The notes beneath the pieces are model-generated. The model had not been told where the DNA came from and did no database searches. It saw nothing but the letters and a program-made list of their open reading frames with translations. The position numbers and the translations under genes were made by a program. From the human T2T-CHM13v2.0 reference genome, Homo sapiens, in the NCBI RefSeq assembly GCF_009914755.1, contig NC_060937.1: a DNA stretch of 64,000 nt. One strand, 5' to 3'. Below, in pieces: positions 30,306 to 43,972 of the stretch (positions are counted from its first letter, which is position 1; each line of letters starts with the position of its first letter).

Positions 30306-31859
30306 CCATGACAATATAAAAATTTTAACAAGACTAGCCTGGGCACCATAAGAAGGCCCCATCTTTAAAACTAATGCAAATAATAATAATAACAACAAAC
30401 TAAAACATTTGGAATTTTTAAGTGATAATTTTCTCATTAGATACAGAATCAGTTACTTAAAAAGATACAGATCCCAAACTCTATTATTTTTAATATTTCT
30501 TTTAAAAGTTCATCATTTTGAGGATTAAGATTTTCTAATACATCCATATATACACACATGCATATATTCATACAAATAACTATAGATATTCATTTTATCA
30601 ATGATTTATTTTGACTTATTTATTTAAAAATATTAAATTTATTTTATAAATGAACAGTGCATTTATTATACCATTTTAATTCCAACTACTAGCTACTATA
30701 TGCTATAATATACCAGTCCCTGCTGGCTTTGAACTACTTGGAATTCTAAGAAGTAGAGTAACATAGTACAAACCTATAGACAATATGATAAATGTACCAC
30801 GAATGACACAAAATATTTTCTGCATGTCACATACGGAGTCATTCTGTATTTTGTCAATATCCTTAGTTAATTCAAAAGTTCCCAATGCACAAATCAATCA
30901 AGAATTTCACCCCCCCACAGTGAAAAAAAAAAAAAAAAACAATGTGAAAGCAGTCAGGTTTTAGTCACTGTAAATCACAATTTCAATTCTACCCTGTCCA
31001 GAGAAAGATATTTACGTTCTTCCCATTCCAAATACATACAGGCCATGAGTTAACAATCTTTCATTTTCCTAAAACACCAACAGATTTGCTTTTTTACTTT
31101 CATTTGTAGTTTATAGTACTCACAATTAAGTGGATCTAAATAAATATATTTGAGGTATATATCTATAATATCTATCTAGCTAGCTAGCTATGTGGATTAA
31201 AGGTCAATGCTATTGTCTATGCATTAGCCACTCCCATTTATGAGAATTTTCTAAACTTGTTGCTATATATCTCTTAAATGGTGTCAGTTGGCCAAATTTA
31301 TTTCCTGAAAAACAGCTGAGCAGCCAACAATGAAAATGAAGCTCTCTGCATACCTCTTATGCATACTGCATACACCTTAGGCTCTCTGCATGCCTCTCAG
31401 GCACTTATGCTTACATATATTTGTATCTCATTACATAGTGACACACTCCTAAAATAAAGTAAATCATGAGTTATTTTCTAGACAAATTTGATAAGGCTTT
31501 TATTTGATAACAATTTAAAATTATGCCACCAGATGCCTATACTTCGACTTATAAAATGTATTATGTTCTGTATGGGCAAAAAGAAAGTGTAGAAGTTGAG
31601 CAGCTACCTGGTAAAATTACCTAAATCCACAATGCCACTGGACAACATTGAAGTAGATATTTAAATAAGTGAAGGTAATCAAGCAGTTGAGTTCACTAAT
31701 AAAATTATATTTGGAATCTTATATCATTCCCAGATTAATATATACAATGTATATCAAATGTCATTGCTATGGAAACTTAAGTTTTTACACATGAGGTTAA
31801 ATTTTTATAAAGAAATTTTTTCTCCAGAATTGACTTTATGAAACTTGACATCCTCTGTT

Positions 31860-32260
31860 TCTGGCATGTATTAAGAAAATGTCAACCCAATGTCAAAGGA
31901 TAATTAATTTTTTTAAAGGAGAGGACAATAATGGTTCTCATACAAATGTAAAATGAATATATGTTCATGATTTTATTTAACTGATTAATAAATAAGAGTG
32001 CCATAGGATGTTTTGACTGGTTCAAAGGAGAATACAAAGAGCAGAGAATATATAGGCAGACATTCATGCTGAAATGAATTTGCTTAATAAAGGCAAAATT
32101 AGCCAATATCCCTAGGGTGATGGTCAAATAAATCTACACTGGATAATTTGCATTTTCATGGACAGGAATTATTTGCAATTTACACAGTTGTGAAACAGGT
32201 AAAACAAACAAAAAGCAAAAGGCTCAGAAACCCCATACAATCAGCTAAACTAACATTTAG
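31860..32260. promoter_or_regulatory. Candidate developmental enhancer (motif cluster only)
   Basis: Repeat-free; TGATTAAT, TTCAAAG (32021-32027), ATTTGCAT (32146-32153), GTAAAACAAACA. Confidence 0.3.
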
Positions 32261-33393
32261 TTTTCCATTGAAAATGTTTACTAATTTTTGAGACCATTTC
32301 AAAGTTTTTCTTAATTTTTCTCTACTCTAGAAAAGTCTATAAATTATTTCCAGTGAATATTAAAGGCCTTTTTCTTTGTTGAATTAGTATTTTGAAAAAT
32401 TTATGAAAGGAGACAGAACAGAAAAGCAGTCACCAAGTTTATCAGTTAAGTCGGTATTATTACAAATCCCAATTGAGAAGTATTTTTAAGTATATTTTTC
32501 TTTCCAAGACAAATATACATTAAACAGTCCTAATGTTTGTATCTTTTATGTTACATATATATGTATAGATGTGCAAGTATATGTATATCTACATGTATAT
32601 AAAAATACACGAACTCACATAGTTATATCAGAGAATTATTTATGCAAATGTGTTGGATTTTCTTTTTGTGAAGCTATGTTATCAAGTTATTCTTAGTTTT
32701 ACAGAAAATAAAACAACTCTAGATCTTTGTATCATAAAATAAATATCTGTTTACAAATATCAGTGTTTTCTTTTTAATACTTCTAATGTACTCTATTGGA
32801 GGTAATGGTATATGAAACCCTGTAAGTGCAATTCTACTTCATTAGTTAATTCAGATGAAACACAAGTTTTTAAGACCCAGTGTATGCCAACAATTGAGAA
32901 AGTCATTAAAGTAGACAAAGATGGGTAGAGCCTGGGCTTTGGCTATGAATGTTAGAAAATGAATCACTGAGAGTAAAACATGTTTAAAAGATTAAAATAA
33001 CAAAAATTGGTTTGAAATTAATTTCAGCTATTGGCCATCAATTGGTTAGAAAGAATAAGAATGAGTCAAAGCTTTTTTCTCTTCATTTAATTCAAATATG
33101 TCATAAAAATAGTAAATTTTAGATGATTATAAGTTGATTGTGTCAAATTGGTTGAATGACATGTCATTGAAATTAACCTTTACCTCATAATGCTATCATT
33201 TGAGTTTTAATTAATATTGGGGTCAAAAAACTGATTTTCATTAGATACTGTTTTTAATGATCAATTATTACGCCAATGATTTATATAACGGGGAACTTCA
33301 ATTCAATGTTTGGTAGCTGTTTGATTTTTAGGACATTATATATTTGAATGTACACTGATTATCCTAAAGTTGTAAATATTTAAGAAACTTTTC

Positions 33394-33705
33394 GGCCGGG
33401 CACGGTGGCTCACGCCTGTTTTCCCAGCACTTTGTGAGGCCGAGGTGGGTGGATCACGAAGTCAGTAGATTGAGACCATTCTGGCTAACACGGTGAAACC
33501 ATGTCTCTACTAAAAATACAAAAACAAAATTAGCCAGGTGTGGTGGCGCACACCTGTAGTCCCAGCTACTCAGGTGGCTGAGGCGGGAAAATGGCGTTGA
33601 ACCTGGGAGGCGGAGCTTGCAGTGAGCCGAAATCGTACCACTGCACTCCAGCCTGGGCGAAAGAGCAAGACTCCGTCTCAAAAAAAAAAAAAAAAAAAAA
33701 AAAAA
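33394..33705 (+). mobile_element. AluY with long pure A tail
   Basis: AluY diagnostics; no TSD visible. Confidence 0.96.
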
Positions 33706-34385
33706 TAGTCTAAAATAAAGATACATTTATATTATTTTCAAAAAAGAAAATCTAAATTGACTCCCTAATCAAAGAAACTGTAAACAGAATGTAACAAACT
33801 ATATATTGCTTGGCCCCCAAACATTTCAAAGTCACCTTTCCTTTTAATATACATGTTCTAATATTATAAACAGTGATCTCAGAAAAATCCTAATTTGTCT
33901 TTTTTGTATATTTTCAGCAGATTGTGCTGTTTCAAATTCTGTTATTTTATTCCAATTCTTTTGTTCACATATTGCTTTTTTTGCCAGCGTTTTTCATATT
34001 TTAAATATATTACTATATTGTATATAGTAATATTGTGTTTCCATTTCTCTCTCTTCGTGTTTTATTTTGTTCCATAACCTTTGGCTTGTCCTTTTTATTC
34101 CATATTCCCATTTGTAAATGTAGTTTTCAAAGATGCTTTTCTTATTTACACAAACACAAGACTTTTGACCCAAAATATTCTGAATTCAATCAAAGTCAAA
34201 GCTCAAACATTTCTTAAAAATGAGATTTTTCTGAGTTGGGAACCAGAGTAATCTATTGCCTGATGCAATTTGAGAATAGAACTTGTGCCAACTCTCTGTG
34301 CATTATCAATAGAAGAAATAGGATAAGATAGAGGCAAGGAATATACATTCACAGAGCAGGAAAAATTGCTGAGGGACTCATATAA

Positions 34386-34990
<605 letters not shown>

Positions 34991-35054
34991 TCCTAAATCT
35001 ATTATTTAAAAATCCACCTGTGCAATTGGTATTCACAGAACTCTCCCATATATG

Positions 35055-35230
35055 TTATTATTTTATTCTCATAACTCTCTATGACAAGTGTGGATACATT
35101 ATTGATGTAGAAAATTAGATTACAGAGATAAAGTGACTTTCCCAAGGTCATGAGGCATGTAGGTGGCACATGTTGGGACCACAACCTAGCTATCCAGATT
35201 TTTCTTCTACTCTGTGTTTCACTGTACCAT
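35055..35230 (-). mobile_element. MIR
   Basis: CAGAGATAAAGTGACTTTCCCAAGGTCA antisense MIR core. Confidence 0.65.
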
Positions 35231-35639
35231 CTCAGAAACCTTCAGCTCAGTCACCACATGTCAGATGGGTAATGACCGTCTTTGGAAAAGCAAAATTTCA
35301 TTACTTACTAGCAGTTTGTATCAATGACATACAGCTTTGGAGCACCTGAGATATATAGTTTTTATTTCTTCCCCATCATTGGCCCTAGTTGCCGACTCCA
35401 CTAACTCTCCCCCTTAGGGTTTTCCTATAACTATCTCTGCCATTCATGCAATGACTTCTTGCCAAATATTCAGATTTGTTTATTCAGTTACTAGCTGGAC
35501 TTACCCATTTGGAAGTCTGGATGTAACTCTTATTCAACATGTCTTAAATGGAAATCCCTCATTGGTTTTCTCCCAAGCTATTTGTGGTTGGCAGCATAAT
35601 TCTCCCTCCCTGGAAGCTGTGTATATATAGGTTACATGG

Positions 35640-35945
35640 TGCCATGGTATGAATGTATTCAAATTCATGTGTTAAAGCTTAATCTCTATTATAGTGGTAT
35701 GGTAGTGAGAGGTGGTACATTTTGGGAAGTGATTAAGGCACAAGGGTTCCACTCTCATGAATGGATCAGAAGCTTATAAAAGGGCTAATGGAAATAGCTT
35801 AGACCCTTTATTGCTGTTCCTTTCTGCTATATGAGGACAAAGCATTCACTCTTCCTGCTCTCTAAGGACACAGCAAGAAGACCTTTAACAGACACCATGT
35901 TGGTATGTTGTTCTTGGCTTCCCAGTCTTCAGAACTGTGGTATAC
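35640..35945 (+). mobile_element. MST/MLT1A1-type LTR nested in the MLT1 5' LTR
   Basis: TGCCATGGTATGAATG...CTCTCATGAATGGAT...TTCCCAGTCTTCAGAACTGTG. Confidence 0.7.
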
Positions 35946-37157
35946 AGTGGCATTTAAAAAACTAATACAGAGTCTGGTATCTGAAAGTAAGGGTCTGTTG
36001 TAACAAATCTTAAAAATGTGCAAGAGGCTTTGGATTTTGGTGATAGGCCAAGGATGGAAGAACTTTGAGGAGCATGACATAATAAACCTAGATGGTCTGA
36101 AAAGAGTGTTTGTAGAAACATGGATATGTATGAATTTGCTAGTAAAGAGTCAAGAGGAAGTGAGAAGCATGATAGAGAAAAACTAAAGCACCTAAACAAT
36201 TCCAAAACTATCAGGAATAGACTGTCTTAGACGTATGAATGTTCAAGGATATGCTGGTGAGGTCTCAGAAGGAAATAAGAAACATTTTATGGGAAACTGG
36301 GGAAAGAGGATTCTTGTTACATAGTGGCAGAAAGTTTAGCAGAATTGTTATCCACTGTTATGCGGAAAGGAGAACACATAAATTGTACATTTAGCTGAAG
36401 AGGTTTCCTAGAAAACTGTTGAAGGTCCAGCCTTGTTTTCTCTTGCTGCTTCTAGTAAAATGCAGGAAAAAAGAGGTAAACTGAGAGAAGAATTGTTAAA
36501 CAAGGATGAAACAAGTGCTTGATTGAGAAATTCTCATCTATATTGCAAAAGACATTGAAATAAATGCTGCCAAGAACGTGTACTCTGAAAAAGCTGAGGT
36601 TGTAATTAGACAATCTTTTGCTAATACCAGAGGAAGATCAAAATGTCAAAGTATTCTGTTACACAGAAGCCTATATGAAGGGATTAAGTGTGTTACTCAT
36701 AGACGTCTTACATCATCTCAGCGGAAACTAAAAATAGAGATAAGATTATGTAAGAAATATCTGTGGACAAGCCTTTGCTCTACTGGAGAGAAGCGAGAAG
36801 CCCATGATATAAAAGGGAGACACACAATATTCTTTGAGAATGTTATATCAACTGAGATACTGCCAGCTTGGAATAAAAGGAACAAAATGAAAGAATGCCA
36901 TCAGGTTTCCAAAATTCTACAGAGAGGAAACAGGCTGATTAAACTTCTCAACTGTAAATGCATGCTATATTTCATGAAAAATGAATGATGATCTGGAAGG
37001 TAGAGCATTGAGCCCAGAGGGACTAGACTTAAACCCACAGAATGAAGCCCAAACCCACAGAGGATTATTCTCAGATTGAAACCTAGTGGAGTTTGCCTGT
37101 CTGGATTATGAGATTGCTTGACACCTTTAAGTCTTTTATTCTTTCCTTTGCACCTTT

Positions 37158-37514
37158 TTTATTTTTAGTGTTTAAACTTTTATTTTAGGTTCAGGGATAC
37201 ATGTGCAGGTTTGTTATATAGGGAAACTCATGTCACCAGGGTTTGTTGTACAGATTATTTTGTCACCCAGGTACTAAGCCTAGTATGCAATAGTTATTTT
37301 TTCTGATCCTCTCCCTCACACACTCCACCCTCTTGTAGGCTCCAGTGTCCCATTGGTCCCCTCTATGCGTCCATGTGTTCTCATCATTCAGCTCCCACTT
37401 ATAAGTGAGAGCATGCAGTATTTGGTTTTCTGTTACTGCGTTAGTTTGTTAAAGATAATGGCCTTCAGCTCCTTCCATATTCCTGCAAAATGCACGATCT
37501 TGTTTTTGTTATGA
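37158..37514 (-). mobile_element. L1PA (approx. PA13-16) 3' fragment inside MLT1-int
   Basis: Antisense L1 3'UTR; perfect 13-bp TSD CCTTTGCACCTTT at 37145-37157 and 37515-37527. Confidence 0.93.
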
Positions 37515-38129
37515 CCTTTGCACCTTTGTAACCAGAATATCTATAATTATTATCTCAGACCTGTCCTAATTTCTATTTCAGGAGTAATTTGGGATTTTTG
37601 AGCTGATCAAAATGTACTTTGAGTTGATGCTGCAATGTGAACAGACCATTTAAGGAATTGAAATAGAATTAAGGTATTTCATATGTGACACGAATAGGTA
37701 TCATTGGAGGTTCCATAGAAGTTTGTAAAAGGCAGAAAAAATGCCCCCCCACACAAAGATATTCATGTTTGAATCTCTGGAACTTGGATATGCCAAGTTA
37801 GCAAAGGGGTATTCAGCTTTCAGATGAAATTAAGGTGGTTAAACAGCTGACTTTAATATAGCAACATTAGTCTATCTTATCCAGGTGAGTCCAACGTAAT
37901 CACAAGGGTCTTTAAAAGTAGAAAAGGGAGACAGCTGTGTGATGCTTCCTTAGAGCCGCCACAAAACAATAGTTGTGCTTAAACGTTGATCTCCACCCAG
38001 TGAGACAGATATTGGACACCTAACCTTCAGAAATGTAAGCTAATACTTTACTATTAAACCACTAAACTTCTGGTAACTTGTTATAGCAGAAACATGAAAC
38101 TAAGACTTTGTTCTTGCCTTTTTTTTTTT

Positions 38130-38852
38130 TTTGTCATCTAATTTTACCATATCTCTATTCACCTATTCCCTTACCTACAATCCTGGAGATCATTCTTACT
38201 TCCCTTCTCTCTGTTAGACCCTGCGTCTAATTGATTATTGAGTGTTAACTGAGTTCTGAAATTTTCCCAAGACAAGTTTTTTTCCCCTCCACACCAACTA
38301 TCACATTTTTAGGTAAGTTTCATTATTTTTAACCAGAGTTTCCCAATATTCTTGAAACTACTTCCATCTTGCCTCTCAAAATATTTGCATGCCCTTCAGT
38401 GATTTGCCATCACCTATCCTAGAGAATAATGTCCAGGCTCCTTAAAATTATGTGTAAAGCTATCCGTACATGGCTCCTGCTACCCACTCCAGCATCACCT
38501 ACCTTGCAGTTAGGGCTAAGGTAATATTGAGCAATCTTTGTGCCCTTGACATATCACGCTCTTTAGTGTCTTTCTTTGCTCTCGCTGTCCTTGTTTCTGC
38601 AATGTTCCTATTCCTTCTTTACACTTTTTAAATACTTTTACACTCCTAATGTCCAATGTTTCCCAAGATTCTGTCCCTTCATTGCCAGATGGAACTGTGT
38701 TTTTGCTTTGTGACCTCTTGTTTTCTTGATCCTCTTTATCTGGATGTTTAATAAAATAAACCATGATTATCTATTTGTAGGTTGGTAAAAGTCAGAGTGC
38801 CTGATGCATAGATGAATATAGTATCAACTGTTTACTGAATTAAACTGAATTA
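38130..38852 (+). mobile_element. L2 fragment with 3' end
   Basis: Pyrimidine-rich; GAGTGCCTGATGCATAG...ACTGAATTAAACTGAATT terminus. Confidence 0.55.
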
Positions 38853-38864
38853 AGCTGCTTTTCC

Positions 38865-39255
38865 CTTGTCTTGGACTCAGCCTAAGGTGACCCTCCCCTC
38901 CCCAATAAGTCATGCCCTTGTATAATTTTCTGTCCTTGTGTTCAGACAGAACCCATGACTTGTTTGTAGCTAATATAATATGTCAAGGTAAAGGGATATT
39001 GTAGGTGTGATTAAGATCCCAATTCAGCTTAGCTGGAGTTAATCAAAGAAGATTAACCTGTACAGGCCTGATTTAATCATGGTGAAATCCTTAAAGCTGA
39101 GGTCCTCCTTGAGCCAAAAGATCCTCGTGCTGACCATAAAGAAGCAAACAGCTGTGTCGTGAAATGCCTATGGAGAGAACCATGTGGCAAGGAACTCTGG
39201 CATCCTCTATGACCTGAGCGTAAACTCCTGCCAACAGTCAGCAAAAAGCCAGGAA
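38865..39255 (+). mobile_element. MLT1E-type LTR fragment
   Basis: GATTAAGATCCCAATTCAG...GAGTTAATCAAAG...CCATGTGGCAAGGAACT...CAACAGTCAGCAA. Confidence 0.75.
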
Positions 39256-39283
39256 TAAAAACTACATTAAAAAAATAAAAAGT

Positions 39284-39571
39284 ATCCAGGTGCAGTGGCT
39301 CACGCCTGTAATCCCAGCACTTTGGGAGGCCGAGGTGGGTGGATCACAAGATCAGGAGTTCAAGACCAACCTGTCCAAGATGGTGAAACCCTGTCTCTCC
39401 TAAAAATACAAAAATTAGCCAGGCGTGGTGGCAGGTGCCCATAATCCCAGCTATTTGAGAGGCTGAGGCAGAGAATTGCTTTAACCTGGGAGGCAGAGGT
39501 TGCCGTGAGCCGAGATCACAGCACTGCACTCCAGCCTGAGCGACAGAGTGAGACCTCATCTCAAAAAAATT
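39284..39571 (+). mobile_element. AluS
   Basis: Full dimer; flanking TAAAAAGT TSD. Confidence 0.95.
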
Positions 39572-42020
39572 TAAAAAGTTAAATTTAGATGAAATAAGGT
39601 CAAAAGAATAGTTAAATATTGCACTAGGTACTTCACAGGGATACCTACAGGATTGACATCTTGTTAAAATCGAAACTAAAAATTAAAACTACAATACTTA
39701 TGTAGCAAGTTTCAGGATTTTTCATGTTTATTATCCTCTTGTAATTAGTTTTCTTTGAATTGATTGCTCATATTCTCATGTCCTGGGTGACATGTATTTT
39801 TGGATCACACATTGCTACTTGAATTGGCATTTTATATCCTTGAAATACAAGGATATTGTAGTCCACTGTCATCTTTTTGGAAGAATTCTGTTAGGGGAGA
39901 CTAAAGATGCCAAGACCAAGGAGTTAGAAACTATAATTGAAAGTCAGGTTGTGCTATAGCATTAAAGTTAATTCTCCAAAAACATAGGCATGGTCCATCA
40001 TGCCACTCAAGGAATCTTTATTACTATGTCATGCTCCACTTACAGACATACATAATAATCTTGGGCTACAGTCACATGTATCATATCTAGATATCAAAAT
40101 GCAAAGTGAATGTTAGACAGGATATAGTAAAATAATATCTCTTGAAATATATCTATCCCCTAGAGATTCTACCAAAAATGGGTGGTTGTTTGGCAACTTA
40201 AAACTTCCATGGACATTAATAATAATAGTCTTATCCTTTACAGTACATCCAGTTCTCAGTACACACCTATTCAGTGAAGGGAAAGCAATAGCTTATTAAA
40301 ACATCAAATGAGAAACATATGAATTAACGAATTTGAAATGAAATATCTTACCACATTCCCTCTTATTTTTCTTTTTTTTTCCATGTTGCTTTTAATTTTT
40401 TGCCTGGGAGGGGAATTAAAATTTTACTACTTAATATGCAAAGCTACCAATAAGATGCTCAATTTCAAAATGATATTTTATTTTCCAATGAAAGGTGACT
40501 AATACAGGGCTTAGCAACCCCATTCCTTGGGGATATAATTAGCTAGCTTGTTTACACATAGCCTGTTGAGCTTGTAAGTGTCTATACACAGATTATGTCA
40601 GTTTCCACGGACTGGCCATGTCCACAGTGGATTCCCAATGTGTTTTTATGAATATATTCACTATTTCCAGGGCTATCCCTGGCTATCATTTAATTAGGAT
40701 GCAAACAAATTGGAGGAAATGAATTTAAATTTGAATTTCTCTGCAATTAGGATGAAAGAGTTTAAACATGAGTGACTTACAGTTTACAACATCAAATTAA
40801 TTTATGCACACTACCTCAAGTCATTTGTAGCAAGAATATGCAAAATCAATAATTACAGCCTAGATGATGCCCTTGCTCCTAGGGGATAAAGTGACCTGTT
40901 CCAAAAAGTCAACCTGTTGTTTAACAGTTTTCCTTTTAAGATTGAATAACATTTACACACCTTGGAGAAAATCCTGACTTCTTTTAGTTTCTCCTCTGGC
41001 ATGTGATGAAGACTATATAATTTTAAAGGGAAAAATAAATCAACAACTTTAAAATATTCAAGGCAAAATTCCAGTGCCAAAGTGCAATGCATGTGAGTGC
41101 TCTGGATACTGTCAACAGCCAGTGATTTTGTTGTACCTATGGGACATCCAGCAGGCAGAATTTGCAAGCTGAGTATTAAGGGTCTGGAGAATGGAGCAGA
41201 TAAGGTTTACATACTTGGCATTCATAAGTGTGTATTTAATGATTGATATCATATAAATAGATGAATTTTCCTTAAGAAAACAAACAGTATAATTGAAGGA
41301 CATGGGTGAACTCAGAAAAATACAAATTCTTTGGAACAGAGAGGGAGATACAATATAAGAGGGGTGGGGAATAAAGTGGGAAACAAGAGCATATGTCAGA
41401 AAAACAAAGATCTAGAGTTTTAAAGGAGCTCAAGTTAACATATTAAATACTATAGGGTTATCAAAGATATGTTACTTTTCAGGCCTTGATGATTAGTGTG
41501 TATTTTTCACTTTCTTAGCGTAGTCTTAGCAGACTGGCCAAGCTGAGTTTAGGTACCAGAGGACCAAGAAGAAAATTGAGGAGTGGAAGTAAGTAGCAGT
41601 TGGTTTTTCTTTTCAAAATCTGACCTATGATTGTAGTTGAGGAAGGACTGTATCTAGAATGTGACTCAGAATAAGACAATGTTTCTCCTACGATATAAGC
41701 CTTTTCCTAAAATGAGAGGAAGCAACATTAGAGAAGTAGAGGTTGAAAATATAGGAAGGGGTTATAATTGGTGGTTCAGAAATCCTAAGGAAAGTATAAG
41801 GATGGGCTTTCATAGCACAGTGGGAAGGATTCATTTAGGTAATAGAAGGGACACATTTTCCTCTAAAAGAATCTATAAGTAAAGAACTGTATATATGTAG
41901 ATGTTAGTGTAGGGTTGTGTCATGAACTTCACATGGTCTGTACCTCAGCACTTTCTCTTTCTTGTAAAGGATAAAGCCAAGGCATCTTCGTGGATTGAGG
42001 TGTACAGGTTTGTTGATGAG

Positions 42021-42321
42021 GTTGTTGTTTGTTTGTTTTAGGGGAGAAGCAGGATCTCTGTCACCAAGGCTGGAAAGCAGTGACACCAGCAAGGCTCACT
42101 GTAGCCTCAACCTCCCAGGCTCAAGCCTCCCACCTCAGCTTCCTGAGGAGCTGGGATGACAGAAGTGTTACCACACCTGGCTGTTTTTTCTTTCTTCAGT
42201 TTTTGTAGAGACAGGGTGTCCTATGTTGCCCACACTGTTTTCAAACTCCTGGGCTCAAGTGATCCTCTTGCCTCAGCCTCCCAAAGTTCTGGAATTATAG
42301 GTGTGAGCCACCACATCCTGC
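42021..42321 (-). mobile_element. AluJ
   Basis: GCTCACTGTAGCCTC and CTGGGCTCAAGTGATCC AluJ motifs; highly diverged. Confidence 0.9.
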
Positions 42322-42649
42322 TTGTGAAGTTTTTTTTAATGATCAACCTGGGGGACAAAGGTTGTAGAAACAGTGAGGAGGTTTGACAAAGGAAAACGAG
42401 GAATTACATATAATAGATTGCTGGAGATTGCTGAGAACATAACTGAGGCTGAAAACAATTTTGAACCCTGTCAAAATTATGTTATTTTAGCATAATTACA
42501 AATTATGTTATTAAATACAGGCTTATTGATTTTATTTTGCTTTTCTTATATAACTCCATAGAAGCATATATACATGGTATTCTAAATATTTATCTCACTT
42601 CTTTTAAACAAACATACTTAAATTGTGGCTTATCTCAAAAATGTTTCTC

Positions 42650-43623
42650 TTCCTGAAAGATCAATGTAGCACTGAAATCTTTGATTCTTTTTTCCTTCAG
42701 TTTTTTGCAATGCTGGTAAATAGCTATTTTTGGAGAACCCAAGGACCAGAGTATTTCCCCTAGAAACTAGAGAAATTTCCAAAATTACTGTGAAACCTCT
42801 TTATCTGAAAATGTGCATGTGTGTGCACAAGAATCCTTAAAGGCCCTGCAACAATAACTCTCTCGGCATTTAGCAAGCATTTCTGAGTGTGTGTTGGGTC
42901 ACATTTTCAACATTCCTAAGGCAGTTTACAACCCTTAGCCATAACTTCTTGCTTTGAGCCTCGAGGTCAGCCAGCAAAGAGAGATTACGATTCTCTTAGG
43001 TTTTTTTCAGAAGTGCACATAGCACTGCTGGTGCATGAGTTGCGATTCCCAGGAACGTAGTGGGGCTTTTCAAAGCCCCACATGGACATCTCATTCCTCA
43101 GAATTCCTTTCAAGGTCAACTTTTTGTTTGCCCTGACCATTATTACCACTTTATAGAGCTGAAATATTAAACCATGATTACTGATTGTTTTTGGCAAATA
43201 CCCCGGGGGAAAAAGGCTATTTGCATTGAGAGAGCTATAAATCAGGTCAAACTCACAGCCTGTAAGTAGGGGTTTTGAGGGAACTGCCAGGTTAAACAAT
43301 GAAAATACTGAGAATGGAGCTTTTGGGAGGCTCCAAACCCATTCTGCTTCATCCACGTATCCCAATGAATGGCTGCTAAGCTGTGAGTTTTTACTGTGAT
43401 TTTGGGGTTTGTTTTGAAGGCTACCAGGGAGCAGGGGTACAGTATAGATCAAATTGTCACAAATCTTACTACAGTCAGCATTCTTTCTTGAAGAAATGCT
43501 CTTCAAATTGTAATTCTTTTATTTCCAGAGTTCTAAAACTTAATTTTGACAATTTTTCCCAGTATTCTCTTTGCTTTCAGGAATAAGTGGATTTTGAGAG
43601 GTCTTTTATCTTTCCGGAAATCC
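42650..43623 (-). mobile_element. Old L1 5' region (L1M4-like)
   Basis: Ends TAATTTTGACAATTTTTCCCAGT...GGATTTTGAGAGGTC...TTCCGGAAATCC, resembling an antisense L1M4 5' terminus. Confidence 0.7.
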
Positions 43624-43888
43624 TAACAACTTGAATATGTTTTAAAATTATATTCTCAAGAGGCTCTCTATGTAAGTAGGTCAGATACATGCCCCATTTA
43701 TTAGAGGAGAATCCTGAGAGATCATAGATGACATTGTTACAAGTTACTTTATGGTAGGTATCATCTGAGAATCTAGTCTTAGTTGTCAGCCTTTCTTCTG
43801 CTGATGGGTAGAGTGCTAAAAGGGAAAGGTGAAAGTTTGAAATTGTACCTGAAGAGTTAAGAGAAAAAGGGGTTAATGAGTTACTTAT

Positions 43889-43972
43889 AGATCTTTGTGC
43901 CTCAGAGGTCCTTACTGAGAGTTTTAATCCAGATCTTTGTGCCTCAGAGGTCCTTACTGAGAGTTTTAATCC
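43889..43972. repeat. Perfect 42-bp tandem duplication
   Basis: AGATCTTTGTGCCTCAGAGGTCCTTACTGAGAGTTTTAATCC x2. Confidence 0.98.

Larger units (their letters stand above)
35583..38107 (+). mobile_element. MLT1 (D-like) MaLR element: disrupted 5' LTR, internal region, 3' LTR
   Basis: LTR start TGTGGTTGGCAG; LTR end AACTAATACA then MaLR-int start TGGTATCTGAAAGT...TAAAAATGTG...GGCTTTGGA; 3' LTR at ~37725-38107 (GATGAAATTAAGG...CAGCTGACTTTAA...TAATCACAAGGGTC). Confidence 0.8.

Noticed and set aside
31341-31404. Imperfect direct repeat GCTCTCTGCAT(A/G)CCTCT with a 40-bp period
   Set aside because: Only two diverged copies; an ordinary local duplication, not an array
36578-36988. 136-aa ORF
   Set aside because: Lies in degenerate MaLR internal sequence, has a non-ATG start and no recognisable domain
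42985-43506. Longest ORF (173 aa)
   Set aside because: Inside an old L1 5' region, TTG start, no protein-family signature
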